Shown: one piece after another, positions 29,674 to 39,695 of the stretch
Position numbering within the stretch: position 1 is the stretch's first letter
Layout of the letters: every line of letters begins with the position of its first letter
Source of the DNA: Cyanobacteriota bacterium
Lineage (GTDB): Bacteria; Cyanobacteriota; Cyanobacteriia; Thermostichales; Thermostichaceae
Length of the DNA: 64,000 nucleotides
Direction: 5' to 3'
Assembly: GCA_033764955.1 (NCBI GenBank)
Contig: JANRIL010000032.1
Location: forward strand, 1-64,000
Notes under the pieces: model-generated
What the model saw: only the letters and a program-made list of their open reading frames with translations
The model's database searches: none
Told to the model about the DNA's origin: nothing
Position numbers and translations under genes: made by a program

Positions 29674-32600
29674 TTACATAAACTTCTCAAGACTCTTTCG
29701 ATGTTTCGAAGTGGCAGCAATTAGATTAAGCGTTTTAATAGGGGATTGAGTGGGGTCAATCAAATCTAGCTTAGAGAGATAGTCGTTGTAGGTGTAGAAT
29801 TGATATCCTAACCCTGCCAAAAATTCGGCTGACTCTCCTCCTGTTGACTGACCCGCATGGAGATTTTCAAATAAAATAATTGGCTGACAAGTTTGCAACA
29901 TCTGTCGGGATCCCTTAAAAATGGCTAGCTCAGCTCCCTCAGCATCTACCTTGAGCAGGTCAACCGACATTCTCCCGTTTTGTTGCCAGAGAGTGTCCAA
30001 AGTTAGCAAAGGAACCTTATAGCTACGCTGATGTTCGGCAACCTCATTTTCAGTAACTACTCGGTTGAAAACACTTGCTTCTTCAGCCAACAAAAATATC
30101 TCTCCATCCTCTTGACCCGCTGCTGATTCAATCACAGTGACACAGTTTTCTAACTGATTAAGCTGAATGGTTTGACGTAGGCAATTCACACAATTAGAGG
30201 TAGGTTCTATGGCATAAACCTGACCCAAAGGAGACACAAGGCGAGCGGCTAAAAACGTATAAGCTCCAACATTAGCACCAACATCAATGACAGTCATTCC
30301 TGGCTGTAAGTATTCTTGACAAAAGCGGATTTCACCTTCGAACCAATGCCCAATTGCTAATAAAACCCGCGTAACAATGCTATTCAGAGATGGCTCTAAC
30401 GCCAATCGGTAATTTTCATAAGTAATGATAGGTAACTGTACTTGTGTTAACTGACCGAATGACTTGAGAATTATTTGCTTGGCGAGGCATAACCGCTCTA
30501 GATCAGGATGAGTTACCAAAAGTTGCTGAATATGAAATAACCCTTCTATTTGTCCCTGAGCGCATTGATGGAGAGCCAAAATAAGTCGTGCCTGCTGATC
30601 CTGAGGTTGTAAATCAGCAAGTAGTTGCCAAAAACGCAGTGATTCGGGGCGATAAACAACACCACTATGCTCAGCTAGCCAACGACTTAATATCACCATA
30701 AAAGACAGCTGTTCAGTCATTTTGGCTGATGATAAACTCTGGACAAGCTGTGTAGGCAACCAAACCAGTTGATGAGTCAATTCCTCTACGCTCCCACGCA
30801 GTTCCTCAGGTTTATGGATCAAAAGTTCAAATAACTGTCCAGCCAGATTGAATGCTTGGTTACGTTGACCAATTACCAATAATCCATGAATTTGATTCAT
30901 CCAAGCACAAAAATAATACGGATCCTTTCTGAGACTACGCCTCCAATTGACTAATGCTAATTCCCAATATCTCAGCCGTAGGGATCCCGTCCAGGCATTG
31001 TCAATCTTTCGGACGTTATCAAGAGCTAATTGATTCCAATGTTGAGCCGAGTAATCTAACAAATATTCTTTGCAAAATTGCTCCTCTTGAATGGGTTCTC
31101 TCTTAGCTATAGCTTTATACACAGATTCAAGCAGTCGAGAGAATTCTCGACTATTCCAAACAACTGAACTACGATAAGAATCCTGAATCTTTTGTTTGAT
31201 TTGTTTGAGCAGATTGGGCTGTTCAGCTATCTGGATTCCTCGTTGGATATATTCTTCAATCGACCACGTAATACATTCGTCAAGTCCTATATTTTTGAGC
31301 AAACTATAGCTCATTCGTCCATAATAATGCTGCCCCACCTTGGTTAAGATCGGGATCCCCATATAGAGAGCTTCGAGAGTATGGGTTGCTCCAGTATAGG
31401 GGAAAGTGTCTAAGATTAAATCAAAAGCAGGAAGTTGTCCTCGATGCTCTTCGGCATGAATAGTCGTCTGCAAGAAACGCACACGATTTTCTATCCCTTT
31501 TGTCTTTGCTTGGGATAAGTATAGATCCATAACTGAGGCAATCTCTCCGGTTCCTTTGATAACCAGTAGGGAGTGAGGCACCTGTTTAAGAATTTCTAGC
31601 TGGGCATCAATACACTCGACCGTTCGTTTGCGAGCGTTGGCTGCTGTTAAGAGCAAAATTGTTTTGTCGTTTGCCCCTAATGCTTGACGAATTTCTTGAC
31701 GAGAACTTGCAGTAACCACAAGACTATCTACACAAGCATAAGTGCTCAAGCGAATAATTTTTTCTCGAAAATCCTGCTGGGATCCCTCTCGCAAAACGTA
31801 TGGATCAGCAAAGCAATAGTCAATTTCTGGCAACCCAGGGGAATCTCCACCCAACCAACTAATTTGAATAGGGGCTAGCCGCATAGCAACAAGGTTACAC
31901 CCCTGCTGACTGGTAACGGAATCTAGATAAACCAATATATCCAATTGATCCGATCGAATTCTTTTCACCATATCCGATGTCTCACCAGTTAAATGATGGA
32001 ACTGATGAGTTGATCGATTAAGAGTTTGATAAACAAGATCAGTTTCCAGAGCTTTGGGATCCCTGATTGGATGGTAGTAGTAACAATAAATTTCCACTGA
32101 TTCAGATCGGTGATTAGCAATCGTCTGATAGCTGAGAAATCCAACAGAATGTCTATGGAAAGTGCTACTTAAGTAGCCAATTTTTAGAGGTTTAGATAAG
32201 CTAGTTTTGTCTATTGGCTTTGGTTCACTGTTAGTCTTCCAATCTAAATTTTCATTTTTTGCTCGATAATACAGGCACTCACTAAATTTCTGACCTCCCA
32301 CTTGCAAAAATGACCTTAACATAGCTTGATCATCCATAATATATGACCAAAATGCCGAGGAAACAATTAACATACAACTCAACAAATAAACTTCATTCCA
32401 ATTGCTTTGATTGATGGTAGTTTGAGCTAATTCTTGAATAGGATAGATTTCGATAATAAGGCTAACAATACTCTTTACCTTTTCAGATTGAGCTGCTTGT
32501 GAATAATAGTTAGCTGCTTCCATTAATGCTCGTATTTGAGAGATACAACCTCTCTCAAATAAATAAGCTATTTTCTCTAAACTTTCTCCCAAGATAGAAT

Positions 32601-33456
32601 ATCCCCGATTGGCGGAACGGTAAAGAAGCTGCTCCGCCAAAGTCTTTGTTTGTCCGCTGAGCAAATCCTCAAAATTCCACATCAAATGATACTGTAGGGA
32701 CTTTTCTGGAAGGTAGAAAGCGGCTATCTGGGATAGTATGGCGGATAGGGATCCCCGTTCATGGGGGCTAACAGCTTGAACGATTCCCATGCCCAATTCA
32801 AAAAAAGCTTCATCATAACCATGATTCAGGAGAAAGCTAAGGGCTTGCTGAGCAACTAAGTTATCAAGAAATGGAAATGGGGAGGGTTGGTGAGCAAGGG
32901 CTTCTAAAGCTGCTTGTAAATAGATAGAAAGAGAGAATTCCTGTTCTGCTTTTCCATAAACAAGCATCAAAGTCAAAATATTATTAACATTATTAGGATC
33001 CAATTCAAAAATGATCTCTCGAATAGGAATGGACAAGGAGGGTTGTAGTGCTTGATCAAAAGATTTGGCAGATTCAGTCAAAAAGTTACATAAGGTTTGC
33101 TGATTCAGATCAAATCGTAGGGTATCTACAAGATTAGGGCGACTTAAACGATCGCTGTCAATAGAATCAAATAACAGGTTTTGAATAAGGGCATAGGCTA
33201 TTTGTATTTTTTCTCCTTGAAGGAGGGCGAAGATTACCCGTTGGCTTGCCTTTAGAAAGCTTTCAGGAGGGATCCCTGAGAGAACCAAATCCTCTCCTTC
33301 TACCAGATACAGCAAGATCATTTGCCACTCAGTTGACGTTAAATCAAGCGGCAAATCACTAACCCATTCCCAAAATACTTGGCTGGAGTCCATAAAGGCT
33401 GCCTTACCCTGGTTAAGCAAACTTTCGGTTAGCCTTAAGGTCATTGGATTCCTCAA
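29674..33456 (-). CDS. GT41 (OGT/SPINDLY-like) glycosyltransferase fused to a C-terminal FkbM-family methyltransferase
   Basis: KIGYLSSTFHRHSVG, RLAPIQISWLG, GLPEIDY, DLILDTFPYTGATHTLEALYMGIP; C-terminal IDVGANVG, AIEP, LLKVDAEGAE. Confidence 0.85.
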   Translation of the reverse strand: MRNPMTLRLTESLLNQGKAAFMDSSQVFWEWVSDLPLDLTSTEWQMILLYLVEGEDLVLSGIPPESFLKASQRVIFALLQGEKIQIAYALIQNLLFDSIDSDRLSRPNLVDTLRFDLNQQTLCNFLTESAKSFDQALQPSLSIPIREIIFELDPNNVNNILTLMLVYGKAEQEFSLSIYLQAALEALAHQPSPFPFLDNLVAQQALSFLLNHGYDEAFFELGMGIVQAVSPHERGSLSAILSQIAAFYLPEKSLQYHLMWNFEDLLSGQTKTLAEQLLYRSANRGYSILGESLEKIAYLFERGCISQIRALMEAANYYSQAAQSEKVKSIVSLIIEIYPIQELAQTTINQSNWNEVYLLSCMLIVSSAFWSYIMDDQAMLRSFLQVGGQKFSECLYYRAKNENLDWKTNSEPKPIDKTSLSKPLKIGYLSSTFHRHSVGFLSYQTIANHRSESVEIYCYYYHPIRDPKALETDLVYQTLNRSTHQFHHLTGETSDMVKRIRSDQLDILVYLDSVTSQQGCNLVAMRLAPIQISWLGGDSPGLPEIDYCFADPYVLREGSQQDFREKIIRLSTYACVDSLVVTASSRQEIRQALGANDKTILLLTAANARKRTVECIDAQLEILKQVPHSLLVIKGTGEIASVMDLYLSQAKTKGIENRVRFLQTTIHAEEHRGQLPAFDLILDTFPYTGATHTLEALYMGIPILTKVGQHYYGRMSYSLLKNIGLDECITWSIEEYIQRGIQIAEQPNLLKQIKQKIQDSYRSSVVWNSREFSRLLESVYKAIAKREPIQEEQFCKEYLLDYSAQHWNQLALDNVRKIDNAWTGSLRLRYWELALVNWRRSLRKDPYYFCAWMNQIHGLLVIGQRNQAFNLAGQLFELLIHKPEELRGSVEELTHQLVWLPTQLVQSLSSAKMTEQLSFMVILSRWLAEHSGVVYRPESLRFWQLLADLQPQDQQARLILALHQCAQGQIEGLFHIQQLLVTHPDLERLCLAKQIILKSFGQLTQVQLPIITYENYRLALEPSLNSIVTRVLLAIGHWFEGEIRFCQEYLQPGMTVIDVGANVGAYTFLAARLVSPLGQVYAIEPTSNCVNCLRQTIQLNQLENCVTVIESAAGQEDGEIFLLAEEASVFNRVVTENEVAEHQRSYKVPLLTLDTLWQQNGRMSVDLLKVDAEGAELAIFKGSRQMLQTCQPIILFENLHAGQSTGGESAEFLAGLGYQFYTYNDYLSKLDLIDPTQSPIKTLNLIAATSKHRKSLEKFM

Positions 33457-33527
33457 TAGTAAGAAAGTGGTGAGAATGTTAGCTTGCTAAAAGAAAGCCA
33501 ATCTGAGAAATTTCGCAAAACTATTTT

Positions 33528-34100
33528 CTACTTATCGTTGATAATAAAATCACTTGCGGTAAAGTTCCAATCTCCTCGAATATTTCCTGTCGATGTTTGC
33601 CAAGTACCTATAATGGTGTTCCGATCCTCAGAAAAGCGACCCTGATAAAGACCATGCGCCAAGCCTGCTGGATAATGCCACCAAATTCCACTGACTTGAT
33701 CCAAATCCTTTTGCTTCAGCTCCAAAATATAAACACCATCTTGACCAGTAGCTAACCGGAATATGATTTGTTCTGCGCTTCGGGTCATCAGTGCTTTAGC
33801 CTGAAAGTTAACCTGTTGCTCATTTTCAACAGATGTCCAGGTTGTGTCATATTCCCTAATGATTAAAGGGGATCCCACTTGAGCTGGGTTATCAATGATG
33901 TTTTCTGGTAATGGAGACTTTCTGCTCTTATTTTGTATTGAAACAACGGTCGCAAAACCAGAACCAAGGGTTGCTCCTAGAGATAATAACCTAATCAGCC
34001 AGTTGGGAGCGGCCAAAAAAACAACCGAAGAGCATAGGGCTGCGGCACCCGCACCAAACTGAAGCCAAAACTGCTGAGGTAATGTAGGATAGTCTGACAT
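33528..34100 (-). CDS. Hypothetical membrane-anchored protein with beta-rich C-terminal domain
   Basis: Two N-terminal hydrophobic segments; SGIWW...GRF...IGTW...GDWNF strand pattern. Confidence 0.65.
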   Translation of the reverse strand: MSDYPTLPQQFWLQFGAGAAALCSSVVFLAAPNWLIRLLSLGATLGSGFATVVSIQNKSRKSPLPENIIDNPAQVGSPLIIREYDTTWTSVENEQQVNFQAKALMTRSAEQIIFRLATGQDGVYILELKQKDLDQVSGIWWHYPAGLAHGLYQGRFSEDRNTIIGTWQTSTGNIRGDWNFTASDFIINDK

Positions 34101-34161
34101 TGGGATCCCGTTCTAATTACTAAAAGAAACCTATTAAGGTCAGCGAAGTAAATCATCAAGC

Positions 34162-36567
34162 TTAACTGGATGACAGTGGATGTGATCCAGCAAAAGTATA
34201 CTCATCAAACGGCATCCCCAGAGCCAAATGGTGATAGACGTTTTCCAGAACTTGACAGAATCCGACCGGATCCCAAATCACAGAGTTTGGATAAGAAGCT
34301 TTTACTTTTGCTTTCACATTATCGAGTAAATTGGGTTCAGAAGCGAGACGAACAGCCTGAGCAATATAATCATCGACACTCCAAGTAATACATTCTTCCA
34401 GTTGAATATTCTTTAGTAAACTGTAGCTCATTCGTCCATAATAATGCCTACCTACTTTGGTTAAAACAGGTACTCCCATATAGAGAGCCTCCATTGTATG
34501 GGTTGCTCCGGTATAAGGGAAGGTATCTAAAATCAAGTCGAAAGCAGGTAGTTGACCTCGATGATCTGCCTGGTAAGTGGCAGTCTCCAAAAATCTAAGT
34601 CTATCGCTAACTCCCAAAGTCTCCGCCTTCTCCTTATAGGTTTCTATCACGGCAGCAATTTCGCCAATCCCCTTAACCACCAAAACTCCATGAGGTACTT
34701 GTCGCAGGATCTCTAATTGAGCTTTGATACACTCTTGAGTTCGTTTGGTAGCATTAGCAGCTGTTAAAAACACAACATTTTCATCCGTTGCCTTTAATTG
34801 TTGCCTAACAAGTTGTCTATCAACAGGATTTACCGGAAAACCACTCGTACAAGCATACGTGGGTAGCCTGATAATCTTTTCTCGATACTCAGCTTGGGAT
34901 CCCTCTGCCAGCACATATGGATCGGCAAAGCAGTAATCAATTTCAGGTAGACCAGGGGAATCTCCTCCCAGCCAACTGATCTGGATAGGAGCAAGTCGCA
35001 GAGCAGTCAGAAGACAACCACTGTGGCTAGTCATAGTATCCATGTAAATCAATATATCTAAGCCATCTGATCTAATCATCTCAGCAAAGCTCAGCAACTC
35101 TCCATTCATTACACAAAACTGATGGGAATTTTCTTGAATTTCTCTGTAAATATAATCATTTAGAGCAAGTTCTCTGTTTTGTATTCCTTCATAGTAATAG
35201 CAATAAGTCTGTACTTTAGTAGGGTCATGAGCAATAATGGTCTGATAGCTTAACATGCCGACAGAATGAGAGTGGAAGGCATTAGATAAGTAACCGATTT
35301 TCAAAGGTCTGGCCGGATATAATTTTTCTCTAATCCTGTCAAACGATTGATATTGATGCCATGTCATTTCCCGCTGATTTGCCTTAAACTGTATACATCT
35401 ACTAAATAGATTTCCCCCCTCCTGCAAAAACGCTCTTAATCGACTTTGATCATCACTTAAATAAGACCAAAATGTTGATATTCTCATGAGAAATACACAA
35501 GATAAAGCATAAACCTCCTGCCAGTTCTCCTGATCGATGGTTAAATAGCTTAGATCCTTCACCGGATAAAGATGGAGCAAATAGTTAAGTATGGATTTCA
35601 CTCTTTCTAATTGCCCAGCTTGCAAAAAATAATTGGCTGACTCAGATAGGAGATGAACTTGGTTAGAATAGCCATTCTCAAAGACTAGCGCGATTTTTTC
35701 TAGAGACTCACCCAAGATTGAGTATCCCTTGTTAGCTGAACGATAGAATAGACCTCTAATGATTCGGCTAACATTTTGACTCAGCAAATCATCAAGGATC
35801 CACAATCCACTATAATCAGTTATTCGATGAGGACTGTAAAAAGTGGCAAGTTGGGACAACACAGCATAGAAGCACTCTTGCTCTCGATCTTGATGACTGC
35901 AAAATCTAGCAATAGCTGTTGCCAAATCAAAAAAGAATTCGTCATAGCACTTGTCAAGTAGATATCTCACTGAATGTTGAAGAATTCCATCGGATAAGAT
36001 TGATATCTCTTTGTTTTGAGTGTGAAGCGCCTCAATAGCAGCATTCAAATAAACAGAAATAGAAAACTCATCATTAGCTTCAGCATGATGCAACATGAGT
36101 AATAAGTTATTATGAATATCAAACGGATCTAACTCAAACACTAAGTTGCGAAGCAAAATTGCCAAAAACTTCAGAGATGCTGTACCATCGATTGAGCTAG
36201 CTGTTTCCTTCAAGTAATCTATTAGTTTTGATTTCGATATCAAATAAATTTCGTTTTCACTTTCACTCTGCGGGCAATCCTTTGTCAAGGCATGGCTCAA
36301 TAGATAAGCTAAGCGTATATTCCCAGATTCCAAATGGTAGAGAATACTTTCAGAAAAAGCCTCAAAATAGCTAGTGGGTTCTGACAAGCCTTTGCTTTGT
36401 GGCTCTGTTTTTTGTCCGGCTATTTCAATTAACAACTGTTGCCACTGTCTTGGGCTAAAGTCAGCAGGCAAGTCAAGTATCCATCTGTGAAATGATTCTG
36501 ATGACTCAGTAATGGCTGCCTGGGCTTGCGTCCAAAGTATCTCTGATGATTGAAAAGAGGTTGACAT
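34162..36567 (-). CDS. GT41 (OGT/SPINDLY-like) glycosyltransferase
   Basis: KIGYLSNAFHSHSVG, RLAPIQISWLGGDSPGLPEIDY, DTFPYTGATHTMEALYMGVP; full-length paralog of the N-terminal ~780 aa of 29674-33456. Confidence 0.87.
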   Translation of the reverse strand: MSTSFQSSEILWTQAQAAITESSESFHRWILDLPADFSPRQWQQLLIEIAGQKTEPQSKGLSEPTSYFEAFSESILYHLESGNIRLAYLLSHALTKDCPQSESENEIYLISKSKLIDYLKETASSIDGTASLKFLAILLRNLVFELDPFDIHNNLLLMLHHAEANDEFSISVYLNAAIEALHTQNKEISILSDGILQHSVRYLLDKCYDEFFFDLATAIARFCSHQDREQECFYAVLSQLATFYSPHRITDYSGLWILDDLLSQNVSRIIRGLFYRSANKGYSILGESLEKIALVFENGYSNQVHLLSESANYFLQAGQLERVKSILNYLLHLYPVKDLSYLTIDQENWQEVYALSCVFLMRISTFWSYLSDDQSRLRAFLQEGGNLFSRCIQFKANQREMTWHQYQSFDRIREKLYPARPLKIGYLSNAFHSHSVGMLSYQTIIAHDPTKVQTYCYYYEGIQNRELALNDYIYREIQENSHQFCVMNGELLSFAEMIRSDGLDILIYMDTMTSHSGCLLTALRLAPIQISWLGGDSPGLPEIDYCFADPYVLAEGSQAEYREKIIRLPTYACTSGFPVNPVDRQLVRQQLKATDENVVFLTAANATKRTQECIKAQLEILRQVPHGVLVVKGIGEIAAVIETYKEKAETLGVSDRLRFLETATYQADHRGQLPAFDLILDTFPYTGATHTMEALYMGVPVLTKVGRHYYGRMSYSLLKNIQLEECITWSVDDYIAQAVRLASEPNLLDNVKAKVKASYPNSVIWDPVGFCQVLENVYHHLALGMPFDEYTFAGSHPLSSS

Positions 36568-36815
36568 AAGGTAAGGAGGGTAAAACAGTTTCAGATAACC
36601 CTAAGCATAAAAGTCTCAAACCCCCGTAGGCTAGAGTCAGGTTGGATCTTCCATAGATTCGCCATTTCTAGAGTAAGTCCAGTAGTGAGGTTTGCTTCCT
36701 CCATTCTTAACCTACGCACGTTTTCTCTGTGGTGTCACTCCGCCAAATGGCGTAAAGTTTTACCAAAAATCAGCGATGTTACTGAGATAGCGATGATATC
36801 AATCGCCGGGATTGG

Positions 36816-36822
36816 GGGTAAG
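36816..36822 (+). promoter_or_regulatory. Putative SigF promoter element upstream of the pilin gene
   Basis: GGGTAAG about 50 nt upstream of the pilin ATG; GGGTAA is the established cyanobacterial SigF element at pilA. Confidence 0.55.
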
Positions 36823-36871
36823 TTAGGTCTGGCAGGATACTGCTTACTGAACTAAATCCATAGGAAACAAC

Positions 36872-37411
36872 ATGAGCGCTAAGTCTCGTAACTCTCTTTT
36901 CCGTGCCAAGCTTGCTCAGCACATGCTCCAGCAAGCCAAAGGCTTTACCCTGATTGAATTGTTGGTTGTGATCGTGATCGTCGGCGTTTTGTCTGCTGTT
37001 GCGATTCCTACCTTCTTAAACCAAGTTCGCCGCTCTCGTACTGCTGAAGCCCAAGCCGCTCTGACCGCAGTTAGCCGTGGCGCTGAAGCTTATCGCTTAG
37101 ACACTACCTTCTTCCCTAAAGGCTACAGTGACATTGAATTTGGCTGTGTGGGTGCTGGTGTTTCCTCCTGCGGTGCTAAGGGCGACAAGTTTATGAATGA
37201 CCCCTGGAGTGCTCCTAATTATCAAACTCCTGTTGCCTCTGTACAAACCCAGTCTTCTCTAAGATGGGATACCACTGCTAATGCTGCTTCTACTGCTTTT
37301 GTGAATGCCTCTGGTATTCCTATTCAGTGTGCTGTTGGTCTAGGTTCTGAAGAGTCTGTGGTTGCCACTACTGAATTCTACGTTGGCAAGAGCTGCAACG
37401 TGTTTGACTAA
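36872..37411 (+). CDS. pilA: Type IV major pilin
   Basis: Class III signal peptide AKG|FTLIELLVVIVIVGVLSAVAIP with E5; C-terminal Cys pair; GCT/TCT-biased codons; own terminator. Confidence 0.9.
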   Translation: MSAKSRNSLFRAKLAQHMLQQAKGFTLIELLVVIVIVGVLSAVAIPTFLNQVRRSRTAEAQAALTAVSRGAEAYRLDTTFFPKGYSDIEFGCVGAGVSSCGAKGDKFMNDPWSAPNYQTPVASVQTQSSLRWDTTANAASTAFVNASGIPIQCAVGLGSEESVVATTEFYVGKSCNVFD

Positions 37412-37459
37412 TTTTTTGATTGCCTAGACATCATTTTGTTTAGAAAGTTTATTTTCATG

Positions 37460-37482
37460 GCTCCCTCCGTGGGAGCTTTTTT
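37460..37482 (+). terminator. Rho-independent terminator after the major pilin
   Basis: GCTCCC-TCCGT-GGGAGC followed by TTTTTT. Confidence 0.75.
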
Positions 37483-37708
37483 AACGACTATCTCCTAATG
37501 AGATTGAGCAAAAATGGATTGATGTAGAGTGAATTTCAATAAAATGTTGTGATTTACACTTTGATTTTTTTGCTAGGTTTATACTATTAATAGAGTATCT
37601 AGACTAAGTCTTACTGTCCTCGTTTATTTCCAAGCGTTGCCCACCATAATTTTGCTTGAGAACCTTAATTAAGACATCGAGTTTAATAGTCTAATGAAGG
37701 AGTTTAGG

Positions 37709-38188
37709 ATGAAGTTCCCTTTTTATAGCCAATACAAACAATTCCTGTTTCAGAAGATGAAGGGATTCACAATGATGGAACTTCTAACCGTTACGATTAT
37801 TGTGGGAGTGCTAACCGCAGTCGCCATACCCACTTTTATTAATCTCTCGCGCCGCTCCAAAGTTGCCGAAGTTCAGACTGCACTGACTGCGGTGAGTCGT
37901 GGCTCTGAGGTTTATCGCCTACGTTATACCACCTATCCATCAGCTTATGCAGATATCGAATGGTCACCTACTAACAAACACTATATGAATGATCCCTGGA
38001 GTGCGGCAAATTATAACGAACCAGTGGTTCAAACTTTAACTATTAGTGGGATCCATTGGAGTTCTGAGGCAATCAACTATGTCAACAGCAATGGGGATCT
38101 CTTACGCTGTGATGTGGGATTAGGGGATCAAACTTCGATAGTCGAATCATCTATCTATTCTTTCAGGAACTCTTGTAACGTCTACTAA
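37709..38188 (+). CDS. Type IV pilin paralog (PilA2-like)
   Basis: MKG|FTMMELLTVTIIVGVLTAVAIP; shares ALTAVSRG, MNDPWSA, CxVGLG and SCNV with the upstream pilin. AAGGAG RBS precedes ATG 37709. Confidence 0.88.
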   Translation: MKFPFYSQYKQFLFQKMKGFTMMELLTVTIIVGVLTAVAIPTFINLSRRSKVAEVQTALTAVSRGSEVYRLRYTTYPSAYADIEWSPTNKHYMNDPWSAANYNEPVVQTLTISGIHWSSEAINYVNSNGDLLRCDVGLGDQTSIVESSIYSFRNSCNVY

Positions 38189-38301
38189 CCTTTGATCGAG
38201 AGAATTGTGGAGACATAAAACTCAGACATCTATTTCGACATGAAGATAAGTTCAGCCACATCATGTATGATACTTAGTAACGCTGACGATCCTTAAGGAA
38301 T

Positions 38302-39603
38302 ATGGCTGTGCCTGATCTTGATTTGATTACTCAAGCTGTTCAGCTTCAATACGAAGATTTTCCTTACCCTCCAATTCCTATAGACGCTCCCATTAAGGGT
38401 TTTTTCCCGATGGATAGCTATATCCTGGGTCAATACGCCCGAACCCGCCAGTTCCATTCACCTCAAGACAAGCGATTTTTAGTAGCAGGCTGTGGGACAG
38501 GTCATGAGTTACATGGCTTAGTCAGCAGTAATCCTGGTTATCAGGAAGTGATTGGGATTGATATTAGTCGAAAATCAATCGAAATCGCTAACCAAAGAAT
38601 TGCTTATCATCAACTGTCAAATGCTACTGCCCAACTCGGAGATATTCTTAATCCAGCAACATGGCCAGCAGGTGATTTTGACATGATTTGCTCTTATGGA
38701 GTAATTCACCATACGGCTGATCCTTTGCAATCCATCCGTAATCTAGCCGCTCGCTTAAAAAAAGGTGGAGTTATGGGGCTGATGCTCTATAACCGATCAG
38801 GGCGTTGGCAAGTTTATCGTATTCGACAGGCAATGGCCATCTTAGGCATTCGAGAACCTGCGACAGAAAACAACCTAAAATTTGTGATGTCTCTACTTAA
38901 AGATGCTGGTGAAAGCACTTTTTTGGGAATTCACTATCAAGCCAATAAAGAGTATTATGAGAAACCTGAAAATGTAGTTGATAATTTTTTCCATGCCCAA
39001 GATATTCCCTTTGACATTGGGGAAATACCTGAATTTTTAGAAAAAGCTGGCCTAGAGTTTTTAGATGTTGCTCCACAACGGCATTACTGGGATCCAAAAC
39101 GACTTGTCAGCCCTACCAACAAAGACTTTCATGATAAATTCCAGACATTGTCACGAATAGAACAGCTAACAGTTCAAGAATTATTAGATCCTTTTTACCA
39201 AACCCAAAATATCTTTTGGTGCTGTCGCCAAGGAGAAAACCAATACTTTTCTGGATTTGATAAAGAATGGTTCAAACAAACACAATGGAGGACAAACCCG
39301 ATGTTCCTAGCCCATGGTGGCCTAGAGGCTATGGGTGATAGCTTTTCGTTTGAATCGGTTTATCATGATCCTCATAGGATCCCTAAGTACATCCGAAAAG
39401 TTGATATCATTTGGCCTTTATGCCAAACCCCAGAATTTTCAATAGCTTCAACTCGATATCAGGTGATAGATTTATTATTGCCATTAACAAATCAGCCTAA
39501 GCTGGGTGCAGAGCTTCTCCAAGATCTGGATTCTGAACAGCAGGAACATCACTTGTCTTTGTTTAAGCAATGGGAAAAAGATAGAATTATTCTGGCTTGC
39601 TGA
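38302..39603 (+). CDS. Class I SAM-dependent methyltransferase
   Basis: QYEDFPYP, LVAGCGTG, GIDIS, FDMICSYGVIHH, LKKGG. Confidence 0.85.
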   Translation: MAVPDLDLITQAVQLQYEDFPYPPIPIDAPIKGFFPMDSYILGQYARTRQFHSPQDKRFLVAGCGTGHELHGLVSSNPGYQEVIGIDISRKSIEIANQRIAYHQLSNATAQLGDILNPATWPAGDFDMICSYGVIHHTADPLQSIRNLAARLKKGGVMGLMLYNRSGRWQVYRIRQAMAILGIREPATENNLKFVMSLLKDAGESTFLGIHYQANKEYYEKPENVVDNFFHAQDIPFDIGEIPEFLEKAGLEFLDVAPQRHYWDPKRLVSPTNKDFHDKFQTLSRIEQLTVQELLDPFYQTQNIFWCCRQGENQYFSGFDKEWFKQTQWRTNPMFLAHGGLEAMGDSFSFESVYHDPHRIPKYIRKVDIIWPLCQTPEFSIASTRYQVIDLLLPLTNQPKLGAELLQDLDSEQQEHHLSLFKQWEKDRIILAC

Positions 39604-39695
39604 CATGCTTAGTTTAGCTGTATTAATCAGCATTATTAAATAAACTAGCTAACAAGTCAGATGAAATCAGAAGACTAGTACAGGAGACTAGTAAC

